Source of the DNA: Minisyncoccota bacterium
Lineage (GTDB): Bacteria > Patescibacteriota > Microgenomatia > UBA1400 > PJMF01
Assembly: GCA_009885085.1 (NCBI GenBank)
Contig: VFLK01000008.1
Span: 1 to 62,514 of the forward strand
Direction: 5' to 3'
Length of the DNA stretch: 62,514 nucleotides
Below, in pieces: positions 19,201 to 25,730 of the stretch (its first letter is position 1; each line of letters opens with the position of its first letter). The notes under the pieces are model-generated. The model was not told where the DNA came from, did no database searches, and saw only the letters and a list, made by a program, of their open reading frames with translations. Position numbers and translations under genes: made by a program.

Positions 19201-22200
19201 TTCGACTGACAGTCTCGCCCTGATAACCCTCCAATCAACTGCAATATTTTTTGACGCAGCCAATAATGGTGCCGATATGTATATCAATCCCAACGGCAAT
19301 GTTGGAATTGGTACCACCACCCCTCTTGGAAAATTCGATGTCCAAGGTGCCGTAAAAGGCAAAGCCCTCTCAATCTTTAACGAGACTGGTGATCAAGACA
19401 TTATTACTGCCTCAGTTTCAGGAGTAACCAAATTTAGAGTGGCAAATGATGGCTATGTGTACGGTGAAAGATTTGTTGACAACTCAAATTCTAGTTATTA
19501 TGTTGATCCAGCTGCTGGTGGTAGCTCAGCACTCTTTGCTGGAAATCTGGGTGTAGGAACCCTTGGTCCAGATGCAAGAGTAGATTCACTTGCAACATCT
19601 GGAGAACAATTAAGACTAACTTATACAGACGGATCTGTTTATACAGGTTTTACCACCAATTCAGGAGGTGATTTAACAATTATCCCTTCTGGAGGTGATA
19701 TAAGTGTTACAGGCAACATTTTACCTTCTGTCGATGATACTTATACACTAGGATCTACTTCTCTTAGATGGCAAGATATATTTTTGGGTCCAAATACCGC
19801 TCACATTGGTACATCTTTAACAGATGAAGGAACGATATCATACGATACAACTGGAAACATCTTAAACTTTGGAACTGACAGCACAGCCAACGGTGACATT
19901 GCATTCTTTACAGATGATCTATATTTAGATAAATCTGCTGGCAGAGTTGGAATTGGAACTACTGTTCCTGGATTTGTTTTAGACGTTGCTGGTACAGCTA
20001 GTGTTGATTCATTAAACATTAACTCTGCTTATACATTCCCAACAGCTGATGGAACAAATACATATGTACTAACAACCAATGGTAGTGGAACTGTTTCATG
20101 GGCAGCTCAAGCAGGTGCTAGCTTGTTTACAGATGCTGGCACTTTCACTTATTTAACTTCAACAACTGATGATTTGGCTCTTGGCGGAAATACTGCTGGT
20201 GCTTCATTCTTCTATGATGCATCTCAAGAACAACTAAATTTAATATCTACTATTGGAGCCGATGAAGCTTTATACGTATCCACTGCTGTTGGCGCAACTG
20301 CTTCAATCAATCTTGTGAACTTTACTTCTTCAAACGCTCTAAATACTCAAAATATTGTTAGAATACAGAATGACAGCGCAGGAACTGGCATAGATCTTAA
20401 TAACTATGGAAGTTCATATGGTATAGATATTGATAATGGTACCACAGGAACAAATTTTGGTCTTTATGTTCGATCAAGTGCAAATGCTGTCGCTGCTGCT
20501 GGACTTGCTAAGTTTGCTGTAACTAACTCTGCCTTTGATAGAGATATTGTTGAAATATCGAATTTAGGCATTGCTGATGGATTATATATTAATCAATCAA
20601 CCACTGGAATTGGTCGAGGGCTTTATGCTTATTCTAATGTTGGTGTGACCGCAACAGACTCACTCGCATTTTTTCACGCCAACGATATTGCCTTCGATCA
20701 ATCTGTCCTTGAAATTACCAACGACGGTGTTGGCAATGCGCTTCTCGTTAATAACCTTGGAACTGGAGCTTCTTTTAGAGTCAATGACGCAGTAGCCCTA
20801 GATACAACTCCATTTCTTATTGATGAAAGTGGCAATGTTGGAATTGGCAGCACCAATCCAGCCTTCTTGCTCGATGTTTCTGGCTCAGAAGCCACTACCT
20901 ACATTTCTCGAATTAGAAACACAAACACAACCGACACTGCCGATGGTTTACTTGTTAGACTGGACGTTGCAACAACTGCAACCGGCATGTATTTTGTTGG
21001 ATTTAGTCACTCAGCTACAATTGGAGGAAAAATACAAGGAAGTGCAACTGACAATCAAGTTACATATACCACATCTGGAACTGACTATGCAGAATACTTT
21101 TTGGTTAATGATCAATCAAACAGACCAGATTTTGGTGATTTAATTACTATTTCAGACAATACATCTAATAGCGTAGAAAAAGCGGTTAACAACAAACACT
21201 TGCTAGGAGTTGTGACGGACACTCCAGGATTTGTTGGTAACGGATCAATATGTCCAGAGAATATGCAGGAAGAATGTGATGCTCATCATGAAGATATAAA
21301 CGTTCTAGTTGGTCTTACTGGACAGATCAATACCAAAGTTTCAAACATTAATGGAGCAATAAAACAGGGAGATGCTCTAACAAGTTCAAATATTCCTGGC
21401 GTTGCCGTAAAAGCTACAGAGGCCGGATATATAATTGGACATGCTTTGGAATCATTTAATGCTAATACCACCTCTAAAATCAGAGTAATGGTCTATCCAT
21501 CGTGGTATGACCCAAATATGTACTTTACATCTACTGGCGATCTTCAAATTCAGGGACAAGAAGATAATTACACACTTAAAAATACTGCCTCAAATACTAT
21601 AATTGAAAAAATTGGAGCTTTTTCAAAGATAATTTCAGCAAATATAACTGCTGGAATTGCATATGTCAAAAATTTAAATGCAGATGTGTTAACAGTTAAT
21701 CAGCAACTAATCTCTCCAATAGCAAATATAGATACTCTAAATTCAACTAACATTAATGTTGAAAACGAGATCAAAACCAATAAACTAACTGCAAAAGAAA
21801 CCTCATTGGGTAGCTTGTTAGCTCAAGACGCTACTATATCTGGAACACTAAATGTTGCTACTATTTCTGCAACAAATATCACTTCTAAAACTGTTGAAAC
21901 TGGAACCTTACTTTCTGACGAATTAAATACCTTAACTGCTTCTATTTCTGGAAAATTAACCGCAGACTCAGTTGATACTGCTTCAATTTCTGCAACTAAC
22001 ATTGACGTAACTTCTGCCAGAATCACTGCTCTTGAAGCTGGTATCGCTCAACTAGAAAGCGTCAAAGCTAACACCGCCGAAATCGTCAACGCCACCGTGT
22101 CTGGAACACTATATGCAAACAATATCTACGACTTCGAAAATAAGATTGCAACTTCACTACAAAAACCAGGTCTACTCGATCTTCTCACTGGTCAAAACAA

Positions 22201-23125
22201 CAGCACAGCTTCTGCAACATATATGGGTGAGCTCTACGCAACTGTAAATAGCACCCAACTTGAAGTAATAGATATAACCGATCTTGATTTAACTCTCGAA
22301 GAACTCTCTCTTACTCAAGATGACGTTGTTCTCACCGCAACAGCCATGTATGTCGAAAAATACTTCAAAGTTAATGGCGCTGGCTATATCTCTGATTCTC
22401 TAGCAGTTGGTAATTCCATATTTGCGGGCACCGGAGTTGTAATCGGATCAGGCGATAGCACCACTCAAATCACCAATGGCGTCATTGCCTACATTACTCC
22501 AGATCCAGATAACCAAATCTTGAAAGTTCAGCCATCTGGACAAGGTTCTATTGATCTTTTAGCTGGATTAGTAATCATAGATGATTCTGGAAAAGTTACA
22601 GTTAATGGCAATTTTGAAGCAACCGGCGATGTTAAAGTCGGTGGCACACTCCTAGCAAATCTCATCGAACCAACAGACTTTGGCAACCCACTTCAAGTTC
22701 AAGTTGCAGGTGTGGACACTCAAACTGGAGAAGTTAAACAATCTAGATTTGAAATTATCAACGAAGTTGGCGCTCCTGTTGCTACGTTCTCTGCTCAAGG
22801 ACGTGCTGAGTTTGCCGGTGGCGTTGGTATAGGTAGTGAAGATTTAGGATCATCAGCAATTAATGAGCTCCAATCTGAAAAAACTTCAGGAAAAGCTACG
22901 ATTGAATCTGGATCAGATGCTGTAAAAATCAAGTCATCCCTGATAACCGAGAAATCCATGATCTACGTCACAGCTGTCGGCAGTACCAATAATCAAGTAC
23001 TCTATGTCAAATCACAGGTTCCAAATGTTAACACACCAACTGCAAACCAAGCAGGCGAGTTCGTCGTTGGATTTGACTCTCCAACCACAGCCAACGTCTC
23101 ATTCAACTGGTGGATAGTGAACTAA
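16238..23125 (+). CDS. Giant (2295 aa) membrane-anchored fibre protein: two cytoplasmic integrase-N-terminal SAM-like domains, one TM helix, tail-fibre-like ectodomain
   Basis: Two repeats '..S[SK]STIKNY[RK]SDISQ..(~45 aa)..[VI]KRK[LI][IV]SI[AS]QFAAWAE' at about 16490-16760 and 16900-17160. TM 'FLPYVNFAMFILFFLGLGYFGY' at about 17480-17550. Four 'G[NR]VGIG[TS]T.P....[LF][DE][VI]' motifs. Duplicated 'INSAYTFPTADGT..YVL[ST]TNGSGTV[TS]WA'. 'DYAEYF' block. Confidence 0.85.
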   Translation: MTVQAKYITSIIETFSTYLESLNVSTALGEETTVSFIKFLQHKKDYSSWTMSELEKFIETEKLGSNTAILIRRYIENFTPFQTDIFLHQFLGSLKFENKSSSTIKNYRSDISQFISLVEAKKITALFSQENIKKFVKDQFSKNLKASSVKRKLISIAQFAAWAENEKLIENVSFWISDVESLFGKKTNGDKSKNEAISSGVKTEESMKLGSLHGEKLASYQLDDFLVSLEVDESSKSTIKNYKSDISQLIAFTGDLRLTSVITQENLGKFISYQKAKDLKQNSIKRKIVSISQFAAWAEKRGDLKNVALWLNNLYLGDSRHSPVTNVPVTAPVKIIGADHNIVLKLKDHVKVIKNEEAEISQEKKGKRWLLPFPKLFSEKNYTDEKIKNNYYSNLKIGTVEKLLASSKRKTKSFLPYVNFAMFILFFLGLGYFGYSQFIEQSAELLAYPSTPVRPNRELSFQGRLTDTAQNPVTSATNMAFRLYDTGPGSGGVLLWNSSTCSVTPDQDGIFNVGLGDDCGAEITENVFTENSNVWLEVEVAAETLTPRQSIKTVAYALNSETIQGYPISATGAATTNSILFMDGAGQVVLGEVSPTLKATTGTFSIEAQALTLKTSSGSNGDIIFNPNGLGEVLSTGYFSAPGATFAATYAGGTSLVLKGGPSGTANIQEWQNSSGTPLSTISSAGVANLAGLTINSAYTFPTADGTANYVLSTNGSGTVTWADPAAAAASSIPWIQGAGILYPKNSTVDLLIGGQSTASAKFKVTGMNSGTPTASISGTTANVATYLTGEGTLSTTNMAPLVLGSATTGSIALNPKGTTGLFVDGAGNVGIGTTTPAATLEISQTFVSANTEVEMFRTSRKTSGTGSTGIGAYTSTYLQDAGGTMVEAGRLSFRLHDATNGANTASQFVAYTERETFTNLLPVFTAYSTSSDRYLCMNGIDNITTSDDDCFGMTIGSGHAINFRSLGANHLGLIYDNSINQMSVTAPSTDSLALITLQSTAIFFDAANNGADMYINPNGNVGIGTTTPLGKFDVQGAVKGKALSIFNETGDQDIITASVSGVTKFRVANDGYVYGERFVDNSNSSYYVDPAAGGSSALFAGNLGVGTLGPDARVDSLATSGEQLRLTYTDGSVYTGFTTNSGGDLTIIPSGGDISVTGNILPSVDDTYTLGSTSLRWQDIFLGPNTAHIGTSLTDEGTISYDTTGNILNFGTDSTANGDIAFFTDDLYLDKSAGRVGIGTTVPGFVLDVAGTASVDSLNINSAYTFPTADGTNTYVLTTNGSGTVSWAAQAGASLFTDAGTFTYLTSTTDDLALGGNTAGASFFYDASQEQLNLISTIGADEALYVSTAVGATASINLVNFTSSNALNTQNIVRIQNDSAGTGIDLNNYGSSYGIDIDNGTTGTNFGLYVRSSANAVAAAGLAKFAVTNSAFDRDIVEISNLGIADGLYINQSTTGIGRGLYAYSNVGVTATDSLAFFHANDIAFDQSVLEITNDGVGNALLVNNLGTGASFRVNDAVALDTTPFLIDESGNVGIGSTNPAFLLDVSGSEATTYISRIRNTNTTDTADGLLVRLDVATTATGMYFVGFSHSATIGGKIQGSATDNQVTYTTSGTDYAEYFLVNDQSNRPDFGDLITISDNTSNSVEKAVNNKHLLGVVTDTPGFVGNGSICPENMQEECDAHHEDINVLVGLTGQINTKVSNINGAIKQGDALTSSNIPGVAVKATEAGYIIGHALESFNANTTSKIRVMVYPSWYDPNMYFTSTGDLQIQGQEDNYTLKNTASNTIIEKIGAFSKIISANITAGIAYVKNLNADVLTVNQQLISPIANIDTLNSTNINVENEIKTNKLTAKETSLGSLLAQDATISGTLNVATISATNITSKTVETGTLLSDELNTLTASISGKLTADSVDTASISATNIDVTSARITALEAGIAQLESVKANTAEIVNATVSGTLYANNIYDFENKIATSLQKPGLLDLLTGQNNSTASATYMGELYATVNSTQLEVIDITDLDLTLEELSLTQDDVVLTATAMYVEKYFKVNGAGYISDSLAVGNSIFAGTGVVIGSGDSTTQITNGVIAYITPDPDNQILKVQPSGQGSIDLLAGLVIIDDSGKVTVNGNFEATGDVKVGGTLLANLIEPTDFGNPLQVQVAGVDTQTGEVKQSRFEIINEVGAPVATFSAQGRAEFAGGVGIGSEDLGSSAINELQSEKTSGKATIESGSDAVKIKSSLITEKSMIYVTAVGSTNNQVLYVKSQVPNVNTPTANQAGEFVVGFDSPTTANVSFNWWIVN

Positions 23126-23171
23126 AACTAAAATAGAATTTTTTGAGCATAAGCAGTTCGCTTAATAAATT

Positions 23172-23212
23172 CTGCATATTGACATTTTGTATGCATAATT
23201 GATAATATGCAG
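23172..23212 (+). promoter_or_regulatory. Putative vapBC promoter (TTGACA, 17 nt, ATAATA) bracketed by an 8-bp inverted repeat
   Basis: TTGACA 23179-23184. ATAATA 23202-23207. CTGCATAT 23172-23179 pairs with ATATGCAG 23205-23212. The ATG at 23215 has no Shine-Dalgarno. Confidence 0.45.
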
Positions 23213-23214
23213 AT

Positions 23215-23475
23215 ATGACAAACATTGCCACAGTAACTGGTAGAGGCCAAATTACTATTCCAACATCGATCCGAGAACATCTTAACCTAAATGTGGGGAA
23301 TAGAGTTATTATCTCTCATTCCGATACGACAATTACCATCAAGCTCTTACCAGAAGAAACTGATGTTATGGATTTATATGCAAGTATCAATACTAAAGGA
23401 AAATCAATCCCATCAAGTATTGACCATGCAAAAAAGATAAAAGCAAAAAAAACAGCCTCTCAAGCTTATGAATAA
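23215..23475 (+). CDS. vapB: AbrB/SpoVT-type antitoxin
   Basis: 86 aa. 'GRGQITIPTSIREHLNLNVGNRVII' looped-hinge-helix motif. Overlaps the downstream PIN gene by 8 nt. Confidence 0.8.
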   Translation: MTNIATVTGRGQITIPTSIREHLNLNVGNRVIISHSDTTITIKLLPEETDVMDLYASINTKGKSIPSSIDHAKKIKAKKTASQAYE

Positions 23476-23896
23476 TATTCAAAAATCAATCGTATATATA
23501 GATACTAATATATTTCTTAGATTTCTTATTTTTGATGAAATAAACCCCAACCTTAGTAAAAAAGCCAAAAGTATTATTAAAAATATAAGAGATCAAAAAA
23601 TTTTGGCAAAAACCAATGTTTGTATCGTTAGTGAATTAGTTTATGTGTTGGAAGGCTATTATGAACTCGCCAAAACCGATGTCATAAATAAGATTATTCC
23701 TATCCTTAGCCTTGATAAATTGCTCATAGACCAAAAAGCATTAGTACTTTCGGCTCTGTACGTTTATGAAGATAAAAATGTAGATTTTGAAGATGCTTAT
23801 AGCTACGTTCTTATGAAAAATGACTTAATAAAAGAAATTCACACCTTTGATAAAAAACATTTTAAAAGGTTTATGGATATTAATATTTTGAGCTAA
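23468..23896 (+). CDS. vapC: PIN-domain ribonuclease toxin
   Basis: 142 aa. 'VYIDTNIFLRFL' N-terminal acidic motif, 'SELVYVLE', 'DFEDAYSY', and C-terminal 'FDKKHF'. Confidence 0.8.
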   Translation: MNNIQKSIVYIDTNIFLRFLIFDEINPNLSKKAKSIIKNIRDQKILAKTNVCIVSELVYVLEGYYELAKTDVINKIIPILSLDKLLIDQKALVLSALYVYEDKNVDFEDAYSYVLMKNDLIKEIHTFDKKHFKRFMDINILS

Positions 23897-23942
23897 TAAC
23901 TCGCCTAACTCACCAGCTGAGTACAAAAATTTAATTATTTAA

Positions 23943-24401
23943 CTAATTAGCACAAACATAAAAAGTGTCTGCTGTTCCAGCAATTCCACACTCTGCTGCA
24001 CTATCTGCAATATCTGCATCAGATGCATTTTCCAAAACAACGCCTGCATAAAAACCATCGCCACTATCTGTCTGAACATATTCTGTATATTCTGGCAATG
24101 ATTTCATATAAACAGTTCCTCCTGCTCCATCATTAAATTCATCGCCAGCAGAACAAGCTGCTCCGCCACAACTAGAAAAAGTATTGCTAGCGCTAGCTGG
24201 ATATTGTTGATTGTCGTTATAATATAATCTCATGGAAGTTTTGAGTTGTTCGAGATCTCCCTTAAGTTTGGTATCTTTTGCTCTTCCTCTAATTCCTACA
24301 AAATTAGAAAGTAGCAAGGCTGTTAAAACTCCAATAATCGAAATAACAACCAAAAGTTCTATAAGAGTAAAACCCTTGTTTAAAGTTTTTTTATTTTTCA
24401 C
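23943..24401 (-). CDS. Type IV pilin / pseudopilin
   Basis: Prepilin leader and N-methylation motif 'NKG|FTLIELLVVISIIGVL', with Glu at +5. Confidence 0.85.
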   Translation of the reverse strand: MKNKKTLNKGFTLIELLVVISIIGVLTALLLSNFVGIRGRAKDTKLKGDLEQLKTSMRLYYNDNQQYPASASNTFSSCGGAACSAGDEFNDGAGGTVYMKSLPEYTEYVQTDSGDGFYAGVVLENASDADIADSAAECGIAGTADTFYVCAN

Positions 24402-24432
24402 TTGAGCCCTTTCTGGGTATAAATTAACTCCA

Positions 24433-24954
24433 CTAATCAGCTATTGCTGAACCTAATGTAATGTTACTACTTGCAACTCCATAGTTACAGCCCTCGCCTC
24501 CACATTTTGCCGAAACTGCAGAATAAACTCCTGGAGCGCCACCAAACATTGGCACCGCGCCATCATTCACATTTTCCAAGCGAGCATAGATCATATAACT
24601 CGTTCCATCTGAATCATAGAAAAATTCATTGGCACCTGGATCTTCAGGAATCTGTACCATATAAGTAGTACCCTTATCGTCCTGCCAAATTGAGCCATAG
24701 CTACAAGCACTTGTGCCACCAACTCCACAGCCCTCAATGTTTCCCAAAGCATCTCCAATTGGATAGCTTCCGTGATCGTTGTAATAAACTTCCAGAGCTG
24801 TCACGATTCCGCTCAAACTGCTTTTTCTGTTTGAATCTCTAGATTTCATCTGAGCCGAAGTAAATGCGCCCAAACCAATTACTGATAAAATTCCCAAAAT
24901 CACAATGACTATCAAAAGCTCGATCAGGGTAAAACCAAAATAATTCTTTTTCAT
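24433..24954 (-). CDS. Type IV pilin / pseudopilin
   Basis: 'YFG|FTLIELLIVIVILGIL' class III signal peptide. Confidence 0.85.
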   Translation of the reverse strand: MKKNYFGFTLIELLIVIVILGILSVIGLGAFTSAQMKSRDSNRKSSLSGIVTALEVYYNDHGSYPIGDALGNIEGCGVGGTSACSYGSIWQDDKGTTYMVQIPEDPGANEFFYDSDGTSYMIYARLENVNDGAVPMFGGAPGVYSAVSAKCGGEGCNYGVASSNITLGSAIAD

Positions 24955-24988
24955 ATTTAAGCCTTATATATCTTTTGGCCATCTCCAA

Positions 24989-25648
24989 CTAATTTGTACA
25001 CGAACTCACTGCTACACATTCAGTAGAGTCTACATATGGTCCGTCAAAACAATTTCCCAAACCAATACTCCAGGCATTGCACACGCCAGCGCAACAGAAT
25101 CCATTGTTTAATCCAGGATGTATGTCGTCCCCATAGTTACCATTTAAGATTGGCACTCCTTCAGAAACGCCATAATTGTATTGCAAAGCTTTTATTCCAA
25201 TTACAGATCCAAAGGCTTCAAAAGCACCACAACCAATATCTCCATCACATTTTAATTGAACCACAACTGGATCTTCATTTTTTTCTAAATTTGCCCAGAC
25301 CCTAAAACCGTCACAAGTTCCAGCTCCACCAGTGTTGTCATGTGGAAGATATAAATAATAGCTTTGGTCTTTAGGATCACAAGGAATTTTTTGTAAATAT
25401 GGGCTTAGTTCATGGCTAGATGGCGAAACTCCTCCACAATTTTGTAGAACATTTGCCTGAGGATAACAACCATTGTCGTTATAAAAATCTTCAAACGCAA
25501 TTTTAATTTTTTGCAGGTCACTCTTTCTTTCACCATCTCTAACTTTTTCAAGTTGTCTAGGTATCAACGAAATTGCCAAGATCATTAAAATTGCTAGTAT
25601 TGCTACCACAATCAAAACTTCCATCAACGTAAATCCGCGATTCTTCAT
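24989..25648 (-). CDS. Type IV pilin-like protein with a Cys-rich (12 Cys) globular domain
   Basis: 'NRG|FTLMEVLIVVAILAIL'. Mature domain carries 12 cysteines, for example 'FCCAGVCNAW' and 'LKCDGDIGCG'. Confidence 0.8.
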   Translation of the reverse strand: MKNRGFTLMEVLIVVAILAILMILAISLIPRQLEKVRDGERKSDLQKIKIAFEDFYNDNGCYPQANVLQNCGGVSPSSHELSPYLQKIPCDPKDQSYYLYLPHDNTGGAGTCDGFRVWANLEKNEDPVVVQLKCDGDIGCGAFEAFGSVIGIKALQYNYGVSEGVPILNGNYGDDIHPGLNNGFCCAGVCNAWSIGLGNCFDGPYVDSTECVAVSSCTN

Positions 25649-25730
25649 ATCTATATACTACTATTTACATTCGTCTGACACTAGGGTTAAATGGAAAGTG
25701 ATTATAAAGTATGTTCAAGGAGAACAAATT

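Noticed and set aside
17902-22026. Seven minus-strand ORFs of 61-82 aa and one plus-strand alternative-frame ORF of 107 aa (20820-21143) inside the giant gene
   Set aside because: All are nested within a continuous 6.9-kb ORF with strong repeat and motif structure. They are short and have no start context or motifs.
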